Shown: positions 1 through 9,248 of the stretch, piece by piece | Position numbering within the stretch: position 1 is the stretch's first letter | Layout of the letters: the number at the start of each line of letters is the position of its first letter | Origin: Clostridia bacterium | Lineage (GTDB): Bacteria > Bacillota > Clostridia > Oscillospirales > CAG-272 | Assembly (NCBI GenBank): GCA_017556845.1 | Contig: JAFYMA010000147.1 | Location: 1 to 30,695, forward strand | Direction: 5' to 3' | Length of the DNA: 30,695 nt | Made by a program: the position numbers and the translations under genes | Notes under the pieces: model-generated | The model's database searches: none | Seen by the model: the letters and a program-made list of their open reading frames with translations, nothing else | Told to the model about the DNA's origin: nothing

Positions 1-2484
1 ACCCATGTGGTTATCAAGCTTTGCAACCATGCCGCCGCCTGCAAGGTTTTCAAACGTCACCGCAATGTTTCCGTTTCCTCTGAATATCGGATATGCCTTT
101 CTCATTTCGATAAGTCCCTTATAGAAAAGCATCGTCTTGTATTCATCACTGTCAGCAGTCAGAACGTCCCACTTGATATTGTTTATTTCATCGCTTGACT
201 TGTAGCTGTTTTCATCACCGTCTTTCGTGCGGAGCATTTCCTCGCCCGCCTGCATAAACGGCGTACCCTGCGAGATCATCAGTATAGCCGCGCCGAGCTT
301 GTTCATGGCAATTCTGTCCTGAACGGAGCTGTCGCCGTTTGAAAGCTGGAGCTTATCCCAAAGAGTGTGATTATCGTGCGCACTCATATAGTTTATCACT
401 GCCGCGCGCTTTACCTTCCAGCCTGCAGCCGCCGTAACGCCGCCGGAAATACCGAATTTAACCTTATCGGCATAAGCTGAATATGCGCCGCTTATATAGC
501 CCTTTGAGGTCTTTTCAAACACACTGCCCTTAAGACCGTCTCTTATTGCATCGTTGAATACGGAAATTGCGCCTGCTGCTCCGTCGGTAACAGTAATATT
601 GCTGATATTGCTCTGATTTGCCTGAGGCTTGCCGTTGATGGTGTGTCCCATCGTCCAGCCCTCACCGTAGATAAGTGCATCGGGGTTTACACCGTGTACA
701 GCCTGCTCTACCTTTTGCATAGTTGCAAGATCGTGCAAGCCCATAAGGTCAAAACGGAAGCCGTCAAGGTCATATTCCTCAGCCCAATACTTCACGCTGT
801 CAACCATAAATTTACCGAACATATATCTTTCGGAAGCCGTATCGTTTCCGCATCCGCTTGCGCTGGAGTTTGCACCCGTCGCCGTATATCTGTAATAGTA
901 GTACGGAACGATCTTATTGAAAGCGCTGTTTGCATCGTAAGTGTGGTTATACACGACATCCATAACAACGCCGATACCAACGTCGTGAAGCGCCTGAACC
1001 ATTTGCTTATATTCTTTTATACGAACCTCGCCGTTATACGGGTCTGTGCTGTAGCTTCCCTCGGGAACGTTGTAGTTTTTGGGATCGTAGCCCCAGTTGA
1101 ACTGCGTATCGGGAGCTGCCTCGTTGACCGTAGCGTAATCGTATACGGGCAAAAGATGAACGTGCGTTATGCCAAGATCTACAAGATAATCAATGCCGAC
1201 GCTTACGCCCGCTTCGTTTTTAAGTCCCGTTTCGGTAAACGCAAGATATTTGCCCTTATACTGCGACTGCTTTATCTTATTGCTGAAGTCTCTTACGTGT
1301 ACCTCCCAGATAACAGCATCCGTATACTTTTCCGTCTTTATAGGCGTTGCGCCGTCCCACTTTTCGGGGTTGGTCTTTGAAAGATCGACTACCATACTGC
1401 GATCGCCGTTAAGGCCTGCTGCCTTTGCATACGGGTCAGTAGCCGTCTGTGTTCCGACTGACGTTGTAACGGTGTACGTGTAATACGTGCCGTGACCGCA
1501 TTTTTCGGTATATTCCCATACGCCCTTTGCACCCTTCGTCATATCAACGGATTTATATGCGTCAACTCCGTTGCCCTTTTCGTAAAGATCAAGCACTACC
1601 TTTGATGCAGTAGGTGCCCATACCTTGAACGTAGTATTCTCACCGTTGATGACTGCGCCGAGATCATCGCCGTCATAGGTGTATTCGGATATAAATCTTT
1701 CGCTGTCAAATACAGACGTGGGCACTACGGGCTTTGAGCCGTAGCCCTCTATCTCAACTCTGTACGCTTTTGATATATCAAGCTCCTCTGCAACAGTGAT
1801 TATACCGTTTACGACCTCGTTATTAAGGCTTGAAAGCTCGTTTATCGCTATTTCTCTGTCGCCCTCGTATACCTTTATCTGATCGAATGAGGTTATACGC
1901 ACCTTCGGGGTGACGTTGTACTGTATTTTATCAAACGCCGTCATACCCGCAATAGTGAATTTCTTTATCATGGTTAAGGTCTTTCCTCCGTCATCGCTCG
2001 TATACTGTGAGCCGTCACCGCTTTTAAGATAGATAACGGTGCTTTTTCCGTCAAGCACTGCAAATCTGTCCTCACCGAAATCCTTCGTTGCATTTCCCCA
2101 CGCACTGCCGCCGGGCTCTGAGCAATCGTAACGGGTTATAAAGCCTACCTGCTCTATGCCCTCAGGGACGTTTACAACTACCTTAGCGCCGTAAGCGCAG
2201 GGGTGAAGCACGTATCCGCTTCCCTCTTTGCCATCCCACCACATCCAGATGTCTGCCGTGGATATATCACCCGAGTAATTCCAATAGAACGTGAGCTGAT
2301 TATAGCCGTCCTCCTCGGGAAGCGTATACTCATCGCTCGTTTGTGCATCCGTCGCCGCGGACGTATTTTCCGATGTTCCCGGTGCATTCGTTGACTGCGG
2401 ATCGCCCGTACAAGACGTAAGCACCGCACTTAACGCCATTATGAAGCACAGCAGCAACGATATTCTTCTGATCGATTTTGTCAT
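1..2484 (-). CDS. pulA: Type I pullulanase (GH13) lipoprotein with N-terminal CBM41-like and CBM48-like modules; truncated by the window edge
   Basis: Manual translation from ATG at 2484 (RBS AGGAG upstream) stays open to base 1. It begins MTKSIRRISLLLCFIMALSAVLTSC (lipobox). It contains FKVWAPTA, FNWGYDP (type I pullulanase signature), DGFRFDLMG, YGEGW and YMSAHDN (catalytic D/E/D). Confidence 0.95.
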   Translation of the reverse strand, partial: MTKSIRRISLLLCFIMALSAVLTSCTGDPQSTNAPGTSENTSAATDAQTSDEYTLPEEDGYNQLTFYWNYSGDISTADIWMWWDGKEGSGYVLHPCAYGAKVVVNVPEGIEQVGFITRYDCSEPGGSAWGNATKDFGEDRFAVLDGKSTVIYLKSGDGSQYTSDDGGKTLTMIKKFTIAGMTAFDKIQYNVTPKVRITSFDQIKVYEGDREIAINELSSLNNEVVNGIITVAEELDISKAYRVEIEGYGSKPVVPTSVFDSERFISEYTYDGDDLGAVINGENTTFKVWAPTASKVVLDLYEKGNGVDAYKSVDMTKGAKGVWEYTEKCGHGTYYTYTVTTSVGTQTATDPYAKAAGLNGDRSMVVDLSKTNPEKWDGATPIKTEKYTDAVIWEVHVRDFSNKIKQSQYKGKYLAFTETGLKNEAGVSVGIDYLVDLGITHVHLLPVYDYATVNEAAPDTQFNWGYDPKNYNVPEGSYSTDPYNGEVRIKEYKQMVQALHDVGIGVVMDVVYNHTYDANSAFNKIVPYYYYRYTATGANSSASGCGNDTASERYMFGKFMVDSVKYWAEEYDLDGFRFDLMGLHDLATMQKVEQAVHGVNPDALIYGEGWTMGHTINGKPQANQSNISNITVTDGAAGAISVFNDAIRDGLKGSVFEKTSKGYISGAYSAYADKVKFGISGGVTAAAGWKVKRAAVINYMSAHDNHTLWDKLQLSNGDSSVQDRIAMNKLGAAILMISQGTPFMQAGEEMLRTKDGDENSYKSSDEINNIKWDVLTADSDEYKTMLFYKGLIEMRKAYPIFRGNGNIAVTFENLAGGGMVAKLDNHMG

Positions 2485-2520
2485 TTTTCTCTCCTATATT
2501 CTTTTCTGTATATTGGCATT

Positions 2521-4026
2521 TTATCCGTTATTTTTTTCAAATGATCTGAAATATACCCTGTTTATTTTTGCAAAGTATTCCTTATCTATACGCGAAAGCT
2601 GTTCTGAGGTGAAGCGTGGACGCCAATTTCCCTCTGCAATACCGGGACAATTCATTCTCGTATCGCCGCCGTAGCCGCACATATCCTGCACGGGAATTAC
2701 GACAAGACCTGCACATGATGACCAGATAGTTTCGATAATGGCTCTGCACGAGGGGGAATACTCTCCGCCCTGTCCCCAGTCGCCGTAGAACTTACAGTAT
2801 TCCAAAGCCTGCTCTCTGCTTGAAGGATCGGTATCATAAAGCCAGCCCAGAAGCGTATTATTATCGTGTGTCCCCGTATATACTACGCAGTTTTCCGTGT
2901 AATTGTGCGGCAGATGCACGCTGTCGTCGCCGCCGAAGGCAAACTGAATGACTCTCATTCCGGCAAAGCCCGTGCTTTTCAGAAGCCTTACGACGTCCTT
3001 ACCGAACACGCCGAGATCCTCTGCAATTATCGACGGGGAATCTATCTGTTCATTTACCGCCTTGAAGAGCTTCATACCGGGGCCCTTCATCCACTTGCCG
3101 TTACGTGCCGTTTCCTCGTCAGCTTTGACCGCCCAGAAGGAAGCGATTCCTCTGAAATGGTCTATTCGCACCGTATCGTACAGCTTAAGGCTGTGCTTTA
3201 TACGGTCTATCCACCACTGAAATCCGTTTTTCTCCATCTCAGCCCAGTCAAATAAGGGATTTCCCCAGAGCTGACCGTCCTCGGAAAACGCATCGGGCGG
3301 AACGCCTGCCACGAGATTCGGTCTGTAAGTATCGGGGTCTATCAAAAACAGATCCGTATGCGCCCATACGTCAGCGGAATCAAGTCCTACATATATCGGC
3401 ATATCTCCGATTATATTTACCTTTTTTTCATTTATCTTCTTTTTGAGCGCAAACCATTGCTTTGTGAATATATACTGGCAAAATCCGTGGAAAAGTATAC
3501 CGTCGGCAAATTCTTTTTTGTGCTTGAGCGCTTTTTTGTAGTTACGGAACTCCTCATCCCACTCGTAAAACGGCTTGTTATCAAAATGCTCCTTCAATGC
3601 TTTGTAGTAAGCATAGTTGAACGCTTCCCTATCCTTAAGAAACCTCTCAACGTCCTTTTTGCATTTATCGGTTATGGAAGCATATGCAGCTTTCAGCAGG
3701 TGCGTTACTGCCTGCATTGCAAAGCCGTAATCGACCGAATACGGTGAGCCGTTGTAAATACACGCCTGAACGTCCTGCTCGGTAACGTAGCCCTCCTCCA
3801 TCAGCGCCAACGGGTCAATATACATGATATTTCCCGAAAACGCACCGTCCGACGAATACGGGCTTTCACCCGCACCAACGGTATTCAGCGGAAGTATCTG
3901 CCATTCGGAAAAGCCCATTTTCTTTATGGATGCAGCAAATTCTTCTGCCTCTTTTCCGAACACGCCTATTGCAAACGGCGACGGCAAAGACGAAATATTC
4001 ATCAGTACGCCGCTTCTTCTTTCCAT
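2521..4026 (-). CDS. malQ: 4-alpha-glucanotransferase (amylomaltase, GH77)
   Basis: RRSGVLMNISSLP N-terminus, ESPYSS, GDMPIYV, GVPPDAFSEDGQLWGNP, RIDHFRG, IIAEDLG, YTGTHDNNT, RMNCPG. Confidence 0.97.
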   Translation of the reverse strand: MERRSGVLMNISSLPSPFAIGVFGKEAEEFAASIKKMGFSEWQILPLNTVGAGESPYSSDGAFSGNIMYIDPLALMEEGYVTEQDVQACIYNGSPYSVDYGFAMQAVTHLLKAAYASITDKCKKDVERFLKDREAFNYAYYKALKEHFDNKPFYEWDEEFRNYKKALKHKKEFADGILFHGFCQYIFTKQWFALKKKINEKKVNIIGDMPIYVGLDSADVWAHTDLFLIDPDTYRPNLVAGVPPDAFSEDGQLWGNPLFDWAEMEKNGFQWWIDRIKHSLKLYDTVRIDHFRGIASFWAVKADEETARNGKWMKGPGMKLFKAVNEQIDSPSIIAEDLGVFGKDVVRLLKSTGFAGMRVIQFAFGGDDSVHLPHNYTENCVVYTGTHDNNTLLGWLYDTDPSSREQALEYCKFYGDWGQGGEYSPSCRAIIETIWSSCAGLVVIPVQDMCGYGGDTRMNCPGIAEGNWRPRFTSEQLSRIDKEYFAKINRVYFRSFEKNNG

Positions 4027-4036
4027 CGTAAAAACC

Positions 4037-6820
4037 TCACTTTCTCTTTATAAACATATTTTTAAATCTGTTTGTAAGAACGCCGCCTTTGCGTGTGTCA
4101 ATAACGATGACAGTCACGGCAAGGCATATCAGCATAAACGCAGTGACCGACACTGCTGCAGCAACAGATGTTTTATCATTTTCTTTTTTAACATCATCAG
4201 TATCCGGATCCGTTTGTTCCGATCTTTCGGTTTCGGCGGGCAAGGTATGCTCATGCTCCGTCAGGGTACTGAGATATATGCCGTATACGCACAGTCTTGG
4301 AGTTATTCCGTCTTGTACACCTACGTATATTCTGTCAATTTCATCGTATGATCTTACCTTATCAAGATCAAGCATCACGGTAACGTCTCTCTGCCCCTGA
4401 ACGAACGATGTGCCAGAAACGGTAACGCCTGCACACTCTGCACTGACGGTTATCGACACTCCATCATCCGTGCCGAGATAATCAGCCTTCATATGAACTT
4501 CGAGGATCTTTCCTTCACCGCTTGTATTTTCATCGGGGAAGAATACGGCTGAGCCTTTTTTTAATTCTCTTACGTCGAATGACAGTGCAATATATCCGTC
4601 ACCGTCATTTGCGACCGACGTACAGCCCTCGCCGCACAGCCATTTTCCGCCGTTATCCGACGGAGAATACACCATATTTCCGTTTTCGTGCACCAAACCG
4701 TATTTTACATCAAGGGTTCTTTCGAGCTTTGTGTTATGATTAAAATGCGTGCTGTCGTATCCGTCTATGTCGAACAGCTCGGGATACACGTTTCCGAACA
4801 GATTTTTTGCAGATCTTTCATCCATATGTGTGAAGATGCCGCCCATTTTTTCGGCAAATGCGCTTTCTACGGCGAAAGCATCTGCGCCGCCGAATATACA
4901 TTTATAAAAATCGACAGCCGCCTTACCGTATTCATCATCTCCGTATCCGACCGACAAAACGAAAGCCTCGCATTGAGTACGCACGCTGATATATTTGCAG
5001 AACTCCTCGGTATTTTTTCCCTTTTCCGTTACGAACATAACTCCGTCAACAAAAGGACAAACGGGAAGTATCGTATTGAGCACGCTTTTGTAGTCAATGT
5101 CACCGTCATATCTGACGGGAAATATTATCTTACTTCCTCCGTTGACGCTTTTTGCGGCGGCATTTACCGTATAAAGCGCGGCAGCACACTGAACTGATGC
5201 GGAATACACGGATTTATCCGTTATATTGCCGCCGTTTCCGACTACGAAGCCGTTGAGAACACAGTCCTCGCCGTTATATCTCTGCGTCAAAAAAGCAGTC
5301 AGTGCATACAGCTTTATTGCTGACGCCTCATCGTATATGCCGGCCATTGAATAATACCACTCGTACTGCAGATATACTGCTTTGCCGTGGGCATACAGTC
5401 TCGGAACGAGCACGTCCAGCATGCTTATAACATCATTCGATATGTAATATTTTTCTCCGCAATATTCGTAAAAATACTCTGTTTTTTCTGTTGAGACCGC
5501 AATATCCGCATCTATCGGTAAAAATACGCCCGAAGCATCAAACGATGAGCCGAATGCAAATTTTTCCGTCACGGGCTTTACGTATTTGTTGAACTGTGCC
5601 GTTTTTTCTGCACCTTGCACGAACGTCGGCGGGCATAAGGTCACACCGTTTCCATCTTCGTCATAATACACTGACGTGTAGCTGTAAAAAAGTCGGCTTT
5701 GCCCGTTATTTCCCGCGCTGTCAAATGTAAATTCTCCGCTTCCGTCCTCATTCACCGCAATCGGTTGTGACAGATCAGCCGTACCGTTGGGCAGTGCCTT
5801 GTAAAGATAACATGCACCGTTTTCGGCTTGCGGTCCCTTGAACGATATTTTTCCGTCGTCACCGACGTAGCATTCTGCCGTATTGCCGCCCGATATATTA
5901 CAAGAAAGGGCGATGTTGTATATCAATATTTCCCCATCAGGTTTTCCCTGAAACTCAAATTCAAAGCGGCATACGCTTTCAACCCCGTCAAGAGAAAAAA
6001 CGTATGTGTTAAGCCCCTGCACCATTTCCGCACTTACGCTTCGCGCCGAGGAATATCCCTGACCTGCATCTGCGTAGTACAAAACGATCTTAGTGCATTC
6101 CGCGCGGTTGTCCGCGGTAAACGTAAGGGCATTCGTGCTTTCATCAAGAAGCGTGTCGATTCTGCCCGTTTCCAGAGTACAGTCTCTGCCGTAGGTGCTC
6201 AGAGTAATGATATCCTGCTGAAATTCAACGTCCGCCTTCGATGCGGTATATTCATCAGTCAGAAACTTTTTCTGATCTGACGGAGCAACGGTGTTTGACG
6301 TGCAAACGTAATCAACATACAATATTCCCTCACCGTCACATTCAAACGAAATGTCAATGCTTTGAAGCACGCTTGAATCTCTGTTTCTTATGTCAGAAGT
6401 AACCGTGAACCATTTTCCGCCCGATATTTCACCGCTCACACTGTATCCGTCACCGTCCGACAGAGTTATAACGCCGTCACACGAGGTCTTGCAGGCGAGC
6501 ATTATGCTTTTTGCGGAAGAAACGTTGAATTTGTCAAACTCAGCAAAAGCACCGAGCTTGTCAGTACCCGTTATCTTCATTCCGTACGCACCGCAGACAC
6601 AGTCCTCACTTTGCCTGATATTACAGTCATCATAAGGCCTCCAAATCGTCAGATCTGTCTCAAAATCGTCAATAAGCTCGTGGCAGGAAAACGAAAATTG
6701 CTCAGGTTGGATAAGTGAAAAGAAGCCGAGTGATGTTTGATCATGTCCGTTTGCGAGGATCGGAACATCCATTGCAAGCAACGCCAGCAGAACGCATACA
6801 AGCTTAAAAATACGCTTCAT
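4037..6820 (-). CDS. Secreted, C-terminally membrane-anchored multi-domain protein with beta-sandwich (CBM-like) modules and a degenerate DUF5722-like glycoside-hydrolase-type core
   Basis: Signal peptide MKRIFKLVCVLLALLAMDVPILA; C-terminal TM helix followed by a basic tail. The central YCGEKYYIS...LDVLV...AFLTQRY...GFVVGN pattern resembles DUF5722 proteins from memory. First gene of the operon with malQ and pulA. Confidence 0.6.
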   Translation of the reverse strand: MKRIFKLVCVLLALLAMDVPILANGHDQTSLGFFSLIQPEQFSFSCHELIDDFETDLTIWRPYDDCNIRQSEDCVCGAYGMKITGTDKLGAFAEFDKFNVSSAKSIMLACKTSCDGVITLSDGDGYSVSGEISGGKWFTVTSDIRNRDSSVLQSIDISFECDGEGILYVDYVCTSNTVAPSDQKKFLTDEYTASKADVEFQQDIITLSTYGRDCTLETGRIDTLLDESTNALTFTADNRAECTKIVLYYADAGQGYSSARSVSAEMVQGLNTYVFSLDGVESVCRFEFEFQGKPDGEILIYNIALSCNISGGNTAECYVGDDGKISFKGPQAENGACYLYKALPNGTADLSQPIAVNEDGSGEFTFDSAGNNGQSRLFYSYTSVYYDEDGNGVTLCPPTFVQGAEKTAQFNKYVKPVTEKFAFGSSFDASGVFLPIDADIAVSTEKTEYFYEYCGEKYYISNDVISMLDVLVPRLYAHGKAVYLQYEWYYSMAGIYDEASAIKLYALTAFLTQRYNGEDCVLNGFVVGNGGNITDKSVYSASVQCAAALYTVNAAAKSVNGGSKIIFPVRYDGDIDYKSVLNTILPVCPFVDGVMFVTEKGKNTEEFCKYISVRTQCEAFVLSVGYGDDEYGKAAVDFYKCIFGGADAFAVESAFAEKMGGIFTHMDERSAKNLFGNVYPELFDIDGYDSTHFNHNTKLERTLDVKYGLVHENGNMVYSPSDNGGKWLCGEGCTSVANDGDGYIALSFDVRELKKGSAVFFPDENTSGEGKILEVHMKADYLGTDDGVSITVSAECAGVTVSGTSFVQGQRDVTVMLDLDKVRSYDEIDRIYVGVQDGITPRLCVYGIYLSTLTEHEHTLPAETERSEQTDPDTDDVKKENDKTSVAAAVSVTAFMLICLAVTVIVIDTRKGGVLTNRFKNMFIKRK

Positions 6821-6850
6821 TTTTCTCTCCTTCCTTATGCAGTAGTTAGC

Positions 6851-6879
6851 ATTATATCAAATTTTTTCTCATATTGCAA
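6851..6879 (-). promoter_or_regulatory. sigma-A promoter for the surface protein-malQ-pulA operon
   Basis: TTGCAA-17 bp-TATAAT with extended -10 TG, on the minus strand. Confidence 0.75.
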
Positions 6880-6980
6880 TAGAAAATTTTCATTGTTTTG
6901 ATTTATTACAGCGAATTTTATGATATATTTATTGACAGAAAGCGAAATTTTCGCCGTTTTACCGAAGGGGGCTTGGAATT

Positions 6981-8282
6981 ATGGCATATAAGATCGGTAT
7001 TCTTACGCTGGGATGCCGTGTAAATCAATACGAATCGTCATCGCTTGCGAAATTGCTTATTCAAGAGGGCTTTTCGGTGTCTGCGTTCAACAGTATGTGC
7101 GATGCGTACATAATCAACACCTGCACCGTAACGTCCGAAAGCGACAGAAAATCACGGCAGGCAGTACGCAGAGCAAGAACGAAAAATCCAAACGCGCTCA
7201 TCGTTGCGTGCGGATGCTCATGCCAGCTTTCCCCGTCCGCATTTGCAAATATCGGCATAAACGGCGTTTTCGGCACGAGAAACAAGCTGCAATGCGTGAA
7301 ATTCATAAAGGAAAGACTCGGTACGGACTTAAGGGGCGATGAGATCAACGTACTTGACCCGTCGTCACTTCCGTACGAAAAAATGAACGGCGCCGTGACC
7401 GAAAGAACGCGCGCATACGTAAAAATACAGGACGGATGCGACGGAAAGTGTGCTTACTGCGCTATAAAGAACGCAAGAGGCGCGTCCGTGTCAAATGATG
7501 AGGAAACGATAATTGCCGAATTGAAGCAGCTTGCTCTTGACGGCTTTTGCGAGGTCGTCCTCACGGGAATAGAAACCTCGTCGTACGGACTTGATACAGG
7601 GTCAGATCTTCATACTCTCGTCAGAAAAGCATCTGAAATAGACGGAATAAAGAGGATACGGCTCGGCTCGCTTGACCCCGCTTATTTAAAGAAGGAAAAC
7701 GCCAAGTCGCTTTTGGAGTGCGAAAAGCTGTGCCCGCATTTTCACCTTTCTATTCAAAGCGGAAGCAGCAGGGTTCTTGCTGCGATGCGCCGAAAATATA
7801 ACGGCGAAATGCTGAGAAGAAACATCGAAGATGCCCTGTCCGTTTCTCCCGATCTGCGTTTCAGCTGCGACATCATAGCGGGATTTCCGACGGAAACAGA
7901 ATACGATCTTATGCAGTCTGCCGAGCTTTTGCAAAAATATCCGTTTTTACACGCTCACGTTTTTCCGTATTCCGAACGTCAAGGAACTGACGCCGTACAC
8001 TTTGACGGAGCAGTACCGATGGCGGAAAGAAAGGCGCGCGGAGCGTATCTTGACTCACTCGGAAGGGAATCTCTTGCACGTCTTTTACAAAATGACGTCG
8101 ATACACACCGCAGACACTCCGTTCTTTTTGAAACGTACGAAAACGGAATGCTTCACGGTCACAGCTCGGATTTTACACCCGTGACTGCCGATGGCCCTAA
8201 AACGCTGAAGGGTAAGATCGCGAACGTCACATCCGAAAGCGTAAACGGCGGTGTACTGCACGGAATTATCGAAAAGGAATAG
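6981..8282 (+). CDS. mtaB: tRNA t6A37 methylthiotransferase (radical SAM)
   Basis: TLGCRVNQYES, INTCTVT, KIQDGCDGKCAYC (CxxxCxxC), RIRLGSL, HFHLSIQSGS, HVFPYSERQGT. Confidence 0.93.
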   Translation: MAYKIGILTLGCRVNQYESSSLAKLLIQEGFSVSAFNSMCDAYIINTCTVTSESDRKSRQAVRRARTKNPNALIVACGCSCQLSPSAFANIGINGVFGTRNKLQCVKFIKERLGTDLRGDEINVLDPSSLPYEKMNGAVTERTRAYVKIQDGCDGKCAYCAIKNARGASVSNDEETIIAELKQLALDGFCEVVLTGIETSSYGLDTGSDLHTLVRKASEIDGIKRIRLGSLDPAYLKKENAKSLLECEKLCPHFHLSIQSGSSRVLAAMRRKYNGEMLRRNIEDALSVSPDLRFSCDIIAGFPTETEYDLMQSAELLQKYPFLHAHVFPYSERQGTDAVHFDGAVPMAERKARGAYLDSLGRESLARLLQNDVDTHRRHSVLFETYENGMLHGHSSDFTPVTADGPKTLKGKIANVTSESVNGGVLHGIIEKE

Positions 8283-8285
8283 CTA

Positions 8286-9248
8286 ATGAAAGAATTTATA
8301 ATAGGAAAAAACGATGCGGGAAAGCGTCTTGATTCGTTTCTGACGAAGGTGATACCGACACTGCCCGTATCATTGATGTATAAATCCATCAGAACGAAAA
8401 AAATAAAGGTCAACCGCAAGCGTGCGGAGCTTTCGTACAAGCTTGTACAGGGTGACAGCGTTCAGTGCTTTCTGAGCGAAGAATTTTTCACCGATGAAAA
8501 AAAGCCCGATATGCTTTTCACGTCGTTGCAGGGCAACGTAAATATCGTATACGAGGACGAAAACATTCTTCTTGCGGATAAAAAGGCAGGCATGCTGACT
8601 CATTCCGGTGACGGCACATCCGAGCCGACTTTAATTGATGAAATAAAGGCGTATTTGTTCAAAAAAGGCGAATACGAGCCTGAAAACGAGTTGTTTTTCG
8701 CCCCTGCTCTGTGTAACAGAATAGACAGAAATACCGCCGGAATAGTAATAGCTGCAAAAAATGCAGAGGCTTTGCGTATAATGAACGAGATGATAAAGCA
8801 GCACAAGGTGGATAAATACTATCTTTGCGCCGTACACGGCAAAATGGAAAAAACACACGGCATACTTACTGCATATCTTTTCAAGGACAGCACAAAGGGC
8901 AGAGCCTTTGTTTACGATAATGCAGGCAAGGGCAGAACGAAGATCGTGACGGAATATACCGTCAAGCAGTACAAAAACGATCTTTCCCTGCTTGAAATAC
9001 ATTTGATAACGGGAAAGACACACCAGATAAGAGCACATTTTTCACACATCGGCCATCCGTTGCTCGGCGAGGGCAAATACGGCATAAACCGTCAGGACAA
9101 AAAGCTCGGATACAGCCATCAGGCGTTGTATTCCTACAAGCTGAAATTCAACTTCGGTTCTGACGGCGGTATACTGTCATATCTTTCGGGCAAGGAATTC
9201 ACCGTTGACGAAAAAAATATTTATTTTTTGGAGGAATTCGGAATATGA
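8286..9248 (+). CDS. RluA/RluC/RluD-family 23S rRNA pseudouridine synthase with S4 domain
   Basis: N-terminal RLDSFL S4 domain, KKAGML, NRIDRNTAG (catalytic Asp), TGKTHQIR. Confidence 0.93.
   Translation: MKEFIIGKNDAGKRLDSFLTKVIPTLPVSLMYKSIRTKKIKVNRKRAELSYKLVQGDSVQCFLSEEFFTDEKKPDMLFTSLQGNVNIVYEDENILLADKKAGMLTHSGDGTSEPTLIDEIKAYLFKKGEYEPENELFFAPALCNRIDRNTAGIVIAAKNAEALRIMNEMIKQHKVDKYYLCAVHGKMEKTHGILTAYLFKDSTKGRAFVYDNAGKGRTKIVTEYTVKQYKNDLSLLEIHLITGKTHQIRAHFSHIGHPLLGEGKYGINRQDKKLGYSHQALYSYKLKFNFGSDGGILSYLSGKEFTVDEKNIYFLEEFGI

Noticed and set aside
643-1380. 245 aa plus-strand ORF and other plus-strand ORFs over 1-2484
   Set aside because: These are antisense shadows of the pullulanase gene, with no RBS or recognisable motifs. 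The same applies to the many short overlapping ORFs elsewhere in the track.
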